A stretch of 64,000 bases of DNA from Malacoraja senta. Lineage: Eukaryota. The stretch covers positions 10,108,001 to 10,172,000 of the forward strand of contig CM075989.1 in assembly GCA_038087875.1 (NCBI GenBank), read 5' to 3'. The notes beneath the pieces are model-generated. The model was not told the DNA's origin and searched no databases. It saw nothing but the letters and a program-made list of their open reading frames with translations. Each line of letters starts with the position of its first letter. The stretch's first letter is position 1. A program made the translations under genes and the position numbers. Below are positions 1 to 14,000 of this stretch, piece after piece.

Positions 1-1121
1 TGTCCATAGATGCTGCCTCACCCGCTGAGTTTCTCCAGCATTTTTGTCTACCATCAATTTTGCATCTCCCTCTACTTGTCCCGCCTAACCTGGTGAACAT
101 TTTCACCATCTTCCACCTTTTACCCGATGATCCAGTTCACTTTATTAATCTTCTGTGTTGATGTCATTTTCCGGATCCATGTGTTGGGAAAAAAGCTACT
201 GCGTTGGATTTGTTTAATGGTGTTTTCACACCTGGGGAACAGATTGTGGGTTTGAGCCCAAGTTGGGACACAGTTAAGATCACAGGATAACCAACTGGGT
301 GAATTTACCACCTTTCACGTGGGCCAAGGCTCACCTGAAGAAAGGAGACAAGAGAAACTGCAGATGCTGCTATCTTGAGCAAATCACAAGTGTTGGAGGA
401 ACTCAATGGGTCAGGCAGCATCTGTGGAGGGAATGGACAAAGAATGGGAGACTGATGGGGGGGAGAGAAAGCTGGAAAAGAGAGGTGGAAGTAGGACAAA
501 GGTGGATACATGGGAGGGGTGACAGAGGGTGGAGTAAATGAAGAAAAGTGCAGGCTCAGTCACTGAGTGTATTCAAGGAAAGACTAATTTTGGAGAGTTA
601 GGGATCTGGCTTTAGTACAGGAAACTTGCTGAGGTAAAATATCAGACATGATCTTTAGTTTAGTTTAGTGTCATGTGTACAGAGGTACAATGAAAAACTT
701 TTTGTTGTGTGCTATCCAGTTAACAGAAAGACTATTCATGATTACAATTGAGCTGTTCACAGTGTACAGATATAGGATAAAGTCCAGTAAAGTCTGATTA
801 AAGAGAGTCCGTGGGTGTCCAATGAGATGGTGGTAACTTAGGACCACTCATTAGTTGTTGATAGGATGGTTCCTGCAAGAAAAAAGGGGGAATTTGTGCA
901 GCACCTCTTAAAGCCTTGCGTCTTAATTGTGAAGTAATTTGGAAGGGCAGTCAGTGTTGTATGGTGGAAATCCAGCACCTAATCTGTGCAACCAGATCTG
1001 ACAAACATTGAATTAACAATGGCCAGATATTCAATTTTAACAACGTTGACTGAGAAACAAAAGCAGTCTACTGAAACGTCACCTTGCCTTCCCAATTGGA
1101 CCATAGGATAGATTTATGTCC

Positions 1122-1439
1122 ACGGCATTTTGTGCACAGTGGTAGAGGTGCTGCCTTACAGCACCAGAGACCTCGGTTTGATCCTAACTACGGGTGCTTG
1201 CCTGTGCTGAGTTTGTACGTTCTTTCTGTGACCTGCACGGGTTTTCTCCGGGAAGCTACGGTTTCCTCCCACACTCCAAAGACATGCAGGTTTGTAGGAT
1301 AATTGGCTTGGTATAATTGTAAATTCTCTCTTGTATGTGTAGAATAGCGTTAGTGTGCGGGGATCGCTGGTCAGCGCGGACTCGGTGGGCCGAAGAACTG
1401 TTTCTGTGCTTTATCTCTGAACTCAGAAAACTAAACTAA
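1122..1439 (+). mobile_element. tRNA-derived V-SINE (HE1-like)
   Basis: A-box/B-box-like head (GGTTTGATCCT), V-domain-like GAGTTTGTACGTTCT...GGTTTCCTCCCACACTCCAAAGAC, CR1-like 3' end and (CTAAA)n tail. Confidence 0.85.
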
Positions 1440-1948
1440 GAGAAGTGATGGGGAGCTCAGCATGTCATCCAAGGAAGAGTACCTTCACTAGTTTACCATC
1501 CCTTTGATAATCTACTAGAGAACCAATGTAAACTTCTATGCTCAAGTTGCTGAAGTGGGTCTTGCACCCACCACATCCTGGCCCGTAACTGAGAGTGTGC
1601 CCAGTAAGCATGAACAAAAGGGGCCTCTTTGAAGAGGGACACAGTCAACGTTATCTGAATTATAAATAAAATAAAGGAGGCATCAGAGTAAGTGATCTCG
1701 GTCTGGCTGTCAAAGCTCCGAAGGTGCAGTATGAATAAGAGATGGGATTCCTCCCAGTTTTACAACTGAGTCATCCTCCCACCATCTCCAATGCAACCTC
1801 TGCAAATAACAACAACAGCAATGTGAACTGGCCTTTCACCTCTATGTTATTAGTTTGAATGTTACTGGTATCAGCTAAGGTCTTGTTTTGGACATTGTAA
1901 CATTCATTGCACTCTGGAGGTCAACATGACATCTAAATGCACAATATG

Positions 1949-2212
1949 TTTAGTTTAGTTTAGAGATGCAGCATGGAAACAGGCCCTTTCGGCCCACCGA
2001 GTCCACGATTACCCGTATGATAGTTCTACCATACACACAAGGGATAACGTCTCTGGTATGTGGGAGGAAACCGGAGCACCCAGAGAAAGCCCACGCCGTC
2101 ACAGGGAGAATGTAGAAACTCCGTACAGACAGCACCCGTAGTCAGGAACAAACCCTGGTCTCTGTTGCTGTAAGGCAACAATTGCAGTATATTGTTGCAC
2201 CACTGTGCCGCC
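1949..2212 (-). mobile_element. tRNA-derived V-SINE (HE1-like)
   Basis: Reverse complement of the same family, with an internal deletion. Confidence 0.85.
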
Positions 2213-5200
2213 CTAATAAGCTACTGTAGGAATTTAGGTATCATTTTTATTATGTTTATTTTATTGCAATAGAAACATTAAAGGAAGAAAATCTCCCTTT
2301 CAGAACTGTGGAGGTGGCTTGAAGCGCTTCAGTCAATGAAGTAATTTCAAAGCCTCTGTGATAATGTTGGAAAGTGTGCAATGATTTTCTCCAGTGGTTT
2401 TTGATGTTGCAATCTCATGTGATGCTACAGGTCTTGAGATGTTGTAAGTTTGATCCATCAAGGCATCTGAATTCTTGTGTGTTCATGGGACACTAAAGTG
2501 GCAGAGGGAGATAAGGGATAAATAGTTTGCGTGTGGGTGTAGGAGTTGGCCAGGGTGCCAAGAAGTTGTAATGTCTCATTTCTGTAAATTTTAGCCACAG
2601 AATTCTTTTGAATGACATTTTAATATACTTTTCATTAAGTCACGAAATGCAAAAGTAAAATGTTCCATCCCAAAGTCTTCTATTTATAAAGCACTTTTCA
2701 CCTCGGGATGTTTTAAAGCACTTCATAGACGGTGTACAACAGTATTGTACTCACCGTTGTAATGAAGGAAATGTAGCTACCTGTAGCACAGCAAGCTCCC
2801 CGAAACAACAATATAATAATGACCAAATGGTCAGTTTTCGTGATGTTGATTGCGGAATAAGTATTGCATGTGGCACACCAATTAATTGGTTTAAATTGCT
2901 ACTGGTGTGTGGGAGAAAGGGCAAATCTGGGGGAGTTTGTGAGAATGTGGGGAGAATTAAACTGGATTAGATTAGTGTAAATGGGTGGTTGCTGGTCAGC
3001 GCAGATGTTCGCATGCTGTATCTGTGACTCCATGTTCTTCTTCACAATTTTGTTCTCGGATCTTTTAACATAAAAGAGAAGATGGAGCATTGATTTACTG
3101 TAACATCTCATGTGAAAGACAGCACCAGTTACACTGGTGCCGGGCGGCGAAACCTGTCTGGGCCTAAGGAGCCTCGGCGGCAGCATGAGCCTCGGCAGCA
3201 GTGGGGCCTCGCGGTCAATGAGCGTGACGGGGGAGGGGAAGAAAATGGGGACCTTTTAATTTCAAGTTTGTGTACCTTTTGTGTTGTGACTGTCGGCAGA
3301 CCAACTTCCCTCCGGGGATGAAAAAAAGTTGTACCGTATTGTATCTTATCTTACTGCAGCACATCCTCACTCCTATTGTCGGTGTGTTAGCCTAGATTTA
3401 TATACACAGGAGCTTGGATCCACAACTTTCTGACTCAGGGTCAAGAGTGCTAACCACAACTGACCTGGGGGTTAATTCGTTGCTTACTATTAATCCAAGC
3501 TGAGAGGCAAATGTCCAGAGTGTTCAAAGTGTGTAGATGTTTCCAAGTCAGTCAGTTAAAGGGAGACTGAGAAGAATTTTGTGTTCATTTAGAGAATGAT
3601 GAAGGACTAGAACTCGCTTCCTGAGAGCTGTTAGAAATAGAAACATGGTATTTAAAAAGTACTTGGGGATATGCTGAAGTATTTACATTGAAGTCAAAGT
3701 GAATGATTGATGACTTGGATGATAAATACAAGTTTCCACTTGAAGCCTTGTTTATTAGTGATGTGGGTGGCGTTTCACATCAACCTAGTTTATTTCCTTA
3801 ACAATCTTACACCTCCATAAAGTCACTGACAAAAATAGTTTAAGTTTTCTTTATCAAATCTTCTTTTAACTTTGAGCATCAGAGAAATGTAGAAGAGGCA
3901 AGGTTAAAAAAAAATCAATTTACAACTTATGAATATTATTGGCAAGATGGCATTTATTGCCCATTCCTAATTGCCTTTGAAACTAATGACTGCCTCAGCC
4001 TTTTAGAAGGGGCAATAGCATGTGCACCTGGACTTACAAATAGACCAGATTGGGTAAGCATCACTGATTTCCTACCCTGAAGTATCTTTGTGGAGCAGAT
4101 AAAAGCCTGGCTGCACAGGCCTGTTCCCAGCAGGGCTAGATTATCACTGACAAAGATCTTCAAGTCAGCTTTGGCATATATTCTAATGAAACTTTAGGGT
4201 TGGGTTGGTGCATGTCAGCAGTTTATTGGGGTCAGAAAATTGGTCTGCGCATTAATGCACGTTTAAGATAAGGTGTACACCAATGATTTGGTTGGTTCTA
4301 TTAATAATTAGAAAATTAGGATTCTGATTTATATTGAGTTTGTATTGTCGAGTAAATAAAAATAAAAATCTTTAGCTGATGGAAATCTAAAATAATAAGA
4401 CAAAATGTTGGAAACACTCAAAGGGTCAGGTGGGATCTGTGGAGAGAGAAACAGAGTCAATGCCTCAGTTTGAAAATCCATGTCGGTTTTGACCAATTTT
4501 ATACCCGAACTGACCTCTAAATGAAATGGGTTTTCTCATATTCTCACATTTCCTTGACACAGAAGGAGGCCACGTGGCCCATCAAATCCATGCCAGCTCA
4601 AGAAGAGTCCCATTAATCCCATGCCCTCATTTATTTCCCTTTAACCTATGCTCCAAGGAATGCCCACTAATGGCTCCTTCAGATTCCCCTAAAACGCAAC
4701 TACACTAGGGATAATAAATAGGCGCCAGTTGTGAATGTCCTTGAGGGAGTGTAGAGGAGAATTACTAGAATAGGTCCAGTGATGAGGAGATTTAATTGCA
4801 TGGTTAGTCTGAAGAATGGGATTGATCTCCTCAGAGGAGATGACGAGGATAAAATTGTTAGTGGTATCCAAAACTATGACAGGTTTAGATGAGGTGGGTG
4901 TAAAGGCTATTCCCAATGGTGATCTTTCAAAGACTGGGGGACATAGTCATGCAATGTATACACTGTGAAAACAACAGACTGCAGTGTGACGTGAGGAAAA
5001 ACATCTACATAAAGATCTGTAAGGGAGGTGTCAAATCAAACCTTTCCAAAGATGGGATAAATGGCCTCCTCCTATGCAGTGACATTTCTATGATTCCATG
5101 ATTATAAAAGCTGCCATTTTGTTTGCTGTTAAGTTATGTCCCAAGTTTAAACCTCTCTACAAATAAAGGGACCTTCTTCACACAATATGTGCTCCTGTTT

Positions 5201-5705
5201 TGTTTTGACACGTATAAATGACAATGTAAATTGGTTGAACCCAAGTAACTTTGTTGGTAGTTGAGTTGTAACCTGTGGCAACTCACAGAAGGGACCACAC
5301 AACGTGCCTTAATGCCCCTGATAATTTCTCAGATATGAAAAACAAACCCATCTTAAAGGCAAAGTCTTCCTGCACTCATAAATGAATCCTATTTGATCGT
5401 TTGTGTCTACGTCCGTAGGCGCATGCACGTACATGTGTTTATTGCAAATTCAGCAGGATCCCGACACACCAATAATTTCTCTTCCAAGAAATGTTATGCT
5501 TGGAGTTAACCGTAATGAAATTAACCAGAGGTTCATGGTATTTTGAAATGGCACTTAATCAAAATCAACATTTTTTTTCATTCATTCATGGGATGCAGGC
5601 ATCACTGGAAGGCTGACATTTATTGCTCACAGCTAATTTTCCTTAAATGGCTTACCTGTTATTCCAGATGGCATTTAATAGTTAGTATGAGTTTGAAGTC
5701 AAATA

Positions 5706-7268
5706 CATGCCCTCAATAATGTTTGGGACAAAGACCCATCATTTATTTAGTTGCCTCTGTACTCCACAATTTGAGAATTATAATAGAAAAAAAAAAATCA
5801 CGTGTGGTTAAAGATACATTGTCAGATTTTATTAAAGGCCATTTTTATACATTTTGGTTTCACCATGTAGAAATTACAGCAATGTTTATACAGGCATATG
5901 TAATTGCTCAGGTGTGTTTATTTGTCTCCTTAATGCAGGTATAAGAGAGCTCTCAGCACCTATTCTTTCCTCCAGTCTTTCCATCACCTTTGGAAACTTT
6001 TATTGCTGTTTATCAACATGAGGACCAAAGTTGTACCAATGAAAGTCAAAGAAGCCATTGTGAGACTGAGAAACAAGAATAAAACTGTTAGAGACATCAG
6101 CCAAACCTTAGGCTTACAAAAATCAACTGTTTGAGAAGAAAGAGAGCACTGGTGAGCTTATTAATCGCAAAGGGACTGGCAGGCCAAGGAAGACCTCCAC
6201 AGCTGATGACAGAAGAATTCTCTCTATAATAAAGAAAAATCCCCAAACACCTGTCCGACAGATCAGAAACAACTCTTCAGGAGTTAGATGTGGATTTGTC
6301 AATGACCACTGTCTGCAGAAGACTTCATGAACAGAAATACAGAGGCTACACTGCAAGATGCAAACCACTGGTTAGCCGCAAAAATAGGATGTCCAGGTTA
6401 CAGTTTGACAAGAAGTAAAAGAGCAACCTGGAAAAAAGGTCTTGTGGACAGATGAGACTGAGATTAACTTATATCAGTGATGGCAAGAGCAAAGTATGGA
6501 GGAGAGAAGGAACTGCTCAAGATCCAAAGTATACCACCTCATCTGTGAAACACGGATGTGGGGGTGTTATGACCTGGGCATTTATGGCTGCTGAAGGTAC
6601 TGGCTCCCTTATCGTCATTGATGATACAGCTGCTGATGGTACTAGCATAATGAACTCTGAAGTGTACAGACACATCCTATCTGCTCAAGTTCAAACAAAT
6701 GCTTCAAAACTCATAAGCCGGCTGTTAATTCTACAGCAAGCCAATGATCCCAACCATACTGCTAAAGCAACAAATTAGTTTTTCAAAGCTAAAAAATGGT
6801 CAAGTCTTGAGTGGCCAAGTCAATCTGAACCCAATTGAGCATGCCTTTAACATGCTGAAGAGAAAACTGAAGGGGACAAGCCCCCAAAACAAGCGTAAGC
6901 AAAAAATGGCTGCAATACAGGCCTGGCAGAGCATCACCAGAGAAGACACCCAGCAACTGGTGATGTCCATGCATCGCAGACTTCGAGCAGTCATTGCATG
7001 CAAAGGATAGGCAACAAAATACTAAACATGACTACATTTCTGTGACCCAAACATTATGGTGCCCTGAAATGGGGGGGGGGTTATGTATAAACACAGCTGT
7101 AATTTCTACATGGTGAAACCAAAATGTATAAAAATGACCTTTATTAAAATCTGACAATGTGCACTTTAACCACATGTGATTTTTTTCTATTACAAATCTC
7201 AAATTGTGGAGTACAGAGGCAAATAAAGAAATGATGGGTCTTTGTCCCAAACATTATGGAGGGCACTG
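5706..7268 (+). mobile_element. Tc1/mariner DNA transposon (IR/DR type), decayed
   Basis: ~185-bp inverted repeats at 5706-5890 and 7085-7268 ending CA(G)TGCCCTC...GAGGGCACTG. TA on the left, TG on the right. Transposase remnants inside. Confidence 0.95.
6018..7025 (+). pseudogene. Tc1-like DDE transposase pseudogene
   Basis: MRTKVVPMKVKEAIVRLR HTH start, GRPRKT, WTDET, SSVKHGCGGVMTW, LQQANDPNH (catalytic D replaced by A), NLNPIEH. Multiple stops and frameshifts. Confidence 0.93.
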
Positions 7269-8567
7269 TGTAGGCCAGACTGGGTAACATGGCAGATTTT
7301 CTTCCATGATGAACATTGGTGAACCAAATGGATTTCTAAAGCAATCCATTTGTTTCACTGGCACCATTACTAACACCATCTCTAATATCTACGGGTTTCT
7401 TTTTGTTTTTTTCCCCCACTGATTTTTCATTTCATTCTTACTTTGAATTGACTTTTTGCCTTAATTTAGAAATTATTTTTAACTCCAAGCTTACTTACGA
7501 CATTGATGTTCTCTGACTGACATGGTGGAATTTGAACTTGTCGCTCCACTCATTATTCCAAACTTCTGAACTATTCACTGCTTCTCCATTACATCGGAAT
7601 TGTTTACCTTTGTGCAGTTTCATCTATATAACAGGTTTTATCATGAAACCTCCCAAAGCAGAAAATAGGAAACGTTTGAGTGATTCCCTTAACTTGCCAT
7701 TCATTGATGTGGGGGTTTATGGTGAGATCTGTAGTTATCACCCATTCTTAGTTACCATTGAGTGAGCAGTGGTGAACTGCCATTGAACTATTACACTCCT
7801 TCCAGTGAAGGTGCTCCCACAGTGCTGTTAGGTGGGGAGTTCCAGGATTTGGATCGAGCAACAAGGGGACAACCAATTTTGCACCTTAGAAGATACTTAC
7901 AAATACAAGAAAGAATCAGGTCCACCACTGATTTTCCAGCGCCCTTGTTTCCAGAGCCTAAGCCGGATTATCTTCCCGGGGAAATTTTAAATGTGCTCTC
8001 GTAATTTGATCCGCATTAAAGGAGATGCTGGACAACCAGATGCCGGAAAATCGGTGGTAGGAGTGTTGATGTAGTTATCGGATGTCAAGCATCCCAGCCC
8101 CAGGATATCACTGTAGAAGTACCTTGGTGCAGTGTTTTAAACCCAACAATATGCGCTGTTTGGAGAACATGAATAGGTAACATGTCAAGTCAGGACGTTG
8201 CTCCTTGGTCTGAAGAAGGGTCCTGTCCTGAAATGTCACCTATCCAAGTTCTCCAGCAATGCCTCCTGACCCATTGTTATTTCAGGACTTTGGGGTTAAT
8301 TTTTTTAAACAGTATCTGCGGTACATTATTTCTACAGTTTGACTGCTCCACTGTGAAGGTTTGCCTTCTCTGAGAAACTCTCCTCCTCTCACTGATGGGG
8401 GTTCTGTGAGACCCTCTCTGACTGCTCCTTCTCTGTGATTCCTGCAGAGTCTGAAAAAGGGTCCTGACCTGAAACATCACCTATCCATGTTCCCCAGGGA
8501 TTCCCCAGGTTACTCCAGCATTCTTTGTATTTTTAGGTAAATGAGCAACTGCAGGTCTTTGTGTCTA

Positions 8568-8999
8568 CATCTTCGTCAGCGACCTTCTATATTAAGCGGT
8601 GGAAGTGGGGATGTTTGCTTTTTTGTTTTTTTTGGGGTGGGGGGGGGGGGTTTAATCCTTTGAAAATGGCGTCACCATTGTTGTTTGATTTCCCGCCGTT
8701 TCATGGTGGGAAAGTATCCTGGCTGCAAGGCCTCAAATGGGCCCCGACCTCGGGTGTTTCACAGAGGAAGAGGACTTAACTTTCTGGTGCCTTTCCCCCA
8801 GTGGAAAATTTTGATTCTGCTGTGGGGGGACGCTTGTGTTGAACTCTATATTGTGTTGTGTCCATTTTTTTCTTTTTTAACCTTTTTCTATGGTTTGTAT
8901 GGAAACTTTCTGTTTATTTTATGTAAAGCACTTTGGTGTCAATGTGAGTTGACTTAAAACGTGCTATATAAATAAAACTTACTTACTTACTTACTTACT
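8568..8999 (+). mobile_element. Non-autonomous retroposon with L2-type 3' tail
   Basis: TGTAAAGCACTTTGG...GTGCTATATAAATAAA(ACTT)n matches the tail of the L2 at 50691-50756 (-). Confidence 0.65.
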
Positions 9000-10782
9000 G
9001 CTTTGGAATCAGCTCCCTCCCCACCCAGTAGGGCATAAATAATCATTTAAGAAAGAGTTAATGGGTTGACCGCAAGACCAATGTATTGCAGCAATCAGAG
9101 GAAACCTTTGTACATAACATGTAGTAAAGTACAAAAGGGTGATAGACAACAAGTTCATGGCTTAGTCACGTCTGTCTACATCTGTCTAACATTTTGGATC
9201 AGATTCTCCTCTGGACAGCATGCAGAATGGACCACTGAAATCGTGGTTACCTCTTGTTTCCAATGTTCATTCCAGGACTCATCAAGAGATCAGTGGGTTG
9301 TAACATTTAAGTTCTGGCTTCCACTGTGCATTTTAGAGGTGGTGTTAGTTTAGCAAAACCCATTGGGCTGCCACTAGTAACAAAAAATTGGCTTCTGGTG
9401 GCTCGCTTTTCAGCCAATCAAGACAGGGTGTTTTGCAAGGCATTTTTTAAAATCAGAGAAAAATAGACATCTGCATATTCAATAACGTGGTTGGTGACTG
9501 TGCTGTGCCAAGCCCAGGCAAGCACGCTCTCACATTCCAACTGAGCCCAGGCACGTTTAAATCCCAGATCATTCAGATTGCAGCAATTACACAAAGCATT
9601 TAGATACTTTTGGCTTTTTCTTTCCTCTTTTCCAGTTTCCTTTCCCAACTTTCTGTGAGGTTGAACAGAGACTTTCAACAGAGCCTTAAATGTACGCTGG
9701 AAAGAAGGAGCCGCAGGTGCTGGTTTGCAAAGTGCTGAAGTAGTTCGGTGGGTCAGGCAGCATATCTGGAAAACATGGTTAGGTGACGTTTCAGGGAGGG
9801 ACCCGTCTTCAGACCATTAGTATTTGCTGGTCATTAATTAGCACAAAACGGAAAAAAAAACTCTTCACCCAGAAACAAGGTATAATATCGCTATTCAAAG
9901 CAGTTGAAGTTTACATTCTTCACAAGCCTTCTATAACCCCTCATCACTTTGGCCTCCATTCCTCTGTCCTCTACTAAAAACCATCTGTGACACTTGAAGA
10001 TTTCTGCATGGTGGCAAGATCAATATTAGAACCATAGAAACATGGCATGGAAAGGAAGCCATTTGGCCCATTGTGTCCATGCCAGCCAAAACAAAGAGCA
10101 TAACCCAACATTATAGCTCTCTGTCCACAAGTCTATAGGTGAGAGCACATTTACCATTAAGTGCTCATCAGGACAACTTTAAAACATGTAGAGATTTTTG
10201 CCTCCACCATCCTTTAGGCAGCAAGTTCCACATTCCCATTGCCCTCAGTGAAACTCCCCTCCAATCTTTCTTCAGTTGAACTTACATCCCTGAATTAGCC
10301 ACCTCCCTGCCACGGGATGTGCAAGGAGGAACTGCAGATGCTGGTTTATATTACATTCACCCTTTCTAAGTCTCTCGTAACTTTGCACACCTCAACTACA
10401 CCTCCTCTCAGTACTCCTCTGTGCCGAGGAAAACCAACACCAGCCTCGTCACTGGTCTCTGGATTAAATTTTTCCAGCGTGGCAATATCTTCATGAACCC
10501 CTTCTATACCCACATGTGTTATACTCCTCCCCTCCTGTAATGCACACAGTGCCTTAGCTGTGCCCTGCAGTTCTAGCATGACCCTGCTCGTATGGTCAAT
10601 GACTCATCGCAGTTTGAGTAACTAAGTATTTTCTCTTGGGTGTCTTAATAGTTTTTTTAATGTCTATCCATTGTATGGTCCTAGTGTTGGAAGGGAATGG
10701 CAAGTTGGGAGCAGAATCTACCAGCGACCAAACCCATGTCAATTCTCAATCATTAATTGGCCTAAACATGCAGCAGAAACTG

Positions 10783-11015
10783 ACGCGAAGTGCTGGATAA
10801 ACTTGAAGTGTTAGGCAGCATCTTTGGAGAACAGGGATAGCTGATGTTTTGGGTCGGGACCCTCCGTCAGCGTCTGAAGAAATCTTCAGTCTGAAGAAGG
10901 GTTCCGACCCGAAATCTCACCTACCCATGTTTTCCAGAGATGCTGCCTGACCCACTGAGTGACACCAGCACTTTGTATCCTTGTGTGTAAACCAGTATCT
11001 GCAGTTCCTTGTTTT
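10783..11015. mobile_element. Palindromic Penelope-derived fragment
   Basis: GGCAGCATCT...GGGTCGGGACCC then CTGAAGAAGGGTTCCGACCCGAAA...AGATGCTGCC in opposite orientation. Confidence 0.75.
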
Positions 11016-14000
11016 TACTGTTGCAGAAACTCACTCCTTTGGTCACTGGAAGAGGTTTCCTAAAATACTGAGGACCTGCTCAGGGCAATATCTCAACAAG
11101 AAATTCGCAGCCCATGTACTGAACCTGTTGTAACTTCTGTCTATATTTTTCGTGAATAAGGTATGTTTTTGATTTATTTTTTTAATCCTTAAATATACAT
11201 TCCAAGAATGTTGCTGTGCTGCTCTGAAGGAAACTTACAAGACATTAACATTTTAGGTCAATTTGACAAGCAGATAGCTACCTGACAAACAGGTGTGACA
11301 AGGACGTCACAGGCATAGAAACATAGAGACACAGGAATCCAAAAGACAAAAGATTCATTTAAAAAGGATGGTTGTTGTGGCAATGGCAGTCTCCCTTCAT
11401 CACCTCCCCGAGCCCTTTATGGAAAGCTGTTTTCGTAATGGAAAGTGAAATTATTTCAATGCCCGGTTGACCATTGCTGATATCCTCTAAACAGACCCAA
11501 AATAAATTGAATGCTGTTTAAAGCTGGGATAAAACAGGCCTTTAAAAAGATATGACTGCTGTGGTGTGTCAGCCTAGATATTTTAAAACACAGAAAAAAA
11601 ACATTTAAGCTAAATTATCATGGAAATGGAAAACAGGGTATAAATTCTCTAAAACTGGCTGGTGTGTGTTAGTTAAATAAACAGTGGTAAAGTGAACTCC
11701 CTCCCCCCTCACACATGCACATGTATGCACGCTCACACAAACCCAGAGAAACATACACTAATACTGATTAAACAATGCACAGACAGACATGTACCTACAC
11801 ACTGAAAGACAGGGATATATAAAGATAGACACACATACATACAGGTGAACAACACCCAGGCAGATACAGACATATACAGATGAACAAATTAACATGCAGA
11901 AAGACATGCATACACAAAAGCACACTCACAATGACAGATTCAAAAGCAGACATATCTTTTTGGAATTAAAAATGATTGGTCATACCAGGAAAAGAAAATT
12001 CTGCCCCTTAATGTATTTCAATTGAGAAAACCAACGTTGCCAAACCAAAACGTCATCTGACCTAAAATATTTACTGTGGCTGATGCATTTTCAAAGGGTT
12101 CTTTTAAGTTTTCTGCACCCTGATCTTCCAAAATGCCTCTCTCCAATTAAACTGCTGATCTGGGAAATATTTCAGATTTGGGTGTTGGTCATCAGTGATT
12201 GTATTCTGGTGGAGCACGAAGCTCTCAGGTTTATTCTTCTGTGTGCTGCCGGTGTGGAGGAATTTATTTTTGTCTCACTCTCCCTCTTCTCAGCAGTCGA
12301 GCTGTTTCCTTCAGCAACTCTGCCTCTATCCACTGACCATCCAGCCCCAAATTCCAGTAAATCCTCGCACCACATCCGCCCTTTTTTTCCCTTAATACAC
12401 AGACGTTCATTCCTCGCCCTTCCCTGCACACATTTCAGGAGCTCCAGACAGGAAACCTGCCAAAGAAATTAAAATCTACCTATTCCAGTTTTTTTGTTGC
12501 TATTTTATCATTGGGTGACATTTGACGTCGGTGGACACTTTTCAAAGTGTTTAATCCATTCTAGTTAACTGCTTTAACTATTTGGTCATGTATCGTCACA
12601 TCCATAGAACGTGGACCATTTAACAATGCAGCATAGGAACAGGTCCTTCAGCCCACAATGTCTGTGTCGTACATGATGCCAAATTAAACTAATCTCATCT
12701 CGCCTGTAAATGTTCCATTCCCTGCATATCCATGTCCCTGCCTAAAAACCTCTTAAAACCTTTTGTTTGAATTGATTTGCTGTGTATTTTTACAGTTGTC
12801 ACCCTACAGATCTATGTGTCATTTAGTTCCATGTGACCCTGTCTTCAGCTTGGCAGAGTCTAAGACAGCAGTTTCAGAAGGAGCGTTAGGAAATGCATCA
12901 ACTCACAAGTAGAAAGTAAAAGTTAGCAAGATCCCTTCCACAAGTGGAAACCAATGCTGACGCAATTATTGACTTAGAGTTTGTCATTGATAGTTTTGGT
13001 TAACCACAACCATTAGGGGGAAAGGTCACACATCAGCCATGTCCTTAGTGAATGGTGGGAAAGGCTTGAGGGGCTGAATGGCCTCTTCCTGAACTGTTCA
13101 ATGATCACGATTCAGGTCCCACGTTTGAGGTGACGGCTGGAGTGGGAAGAGTGGACAGTGATGAGTTGCTGATCAATCTCACTCCACCCCTTGTCCAAGA
13201 TGGGCAAGATGGTCTGAGTTACCAGCTAACACAGAAGAGAAAGTTGGATGAAGAAGCCATCTGTTTGTATTGTGACATTGAGGAGGTTTTGCCTTGCACA
13301 TTATTAAAGCCACAAGCCTTTAAATAATTACCAGAAAGACTCCTGTGGCACAATCTCCGTGCGAGTCATAATCTTCCCTTTCTTTTGTCTGTGGCAACGT
13401 TCTCTGTGTTTCTCTATTCTTTCATCTTCACACCTTTTAATATTCATATTTTCCTTATGTTATTGGGGGACCCATTCGACCGTTTGAGTCTATACCAGTT
13501 TTCATAGACATTCCCTCAATGTCATTCGCCCACCTATTCGGTGTAATTCTCCCATTCACCCTTCCATAGATTCTCCCCAATCCCCCTGACACCAGAGCAA
13601 TTAAACTACAGCACGCCTTTTGGATGGGAAAGCAAGCTAAAGCACGGGGGGGGGGGGGGGGGGGGGGGGAATCTGCCTCTTCACAGGGTCTCCAGCATTA
13701 AGAGCACTGACGATCAGATTGCTGGAGCTCTGTGGCATCAGAAGTACTTGTTGCATCTTCCACAGATTGGGGCAAGCATCAGGTCCAGATTGGCAGGGGT
13801 TGGCAGAGGCTGGAAGCTGGCAGGAAATGACAGATCACCAGAGTAGAGAGACATTGGCAATGGGCCAGGATTGCAGCCTGGAATCTGGGAGAAAACCTAC
13901 TGCAGGAAAACAATGCCATTAACCTTGAGAGGTAATATAGCCCTTCACCTGCCAACAAATTATGACGCCCAGACCTAACAAACAAGTAGGCCGCGGGAAG

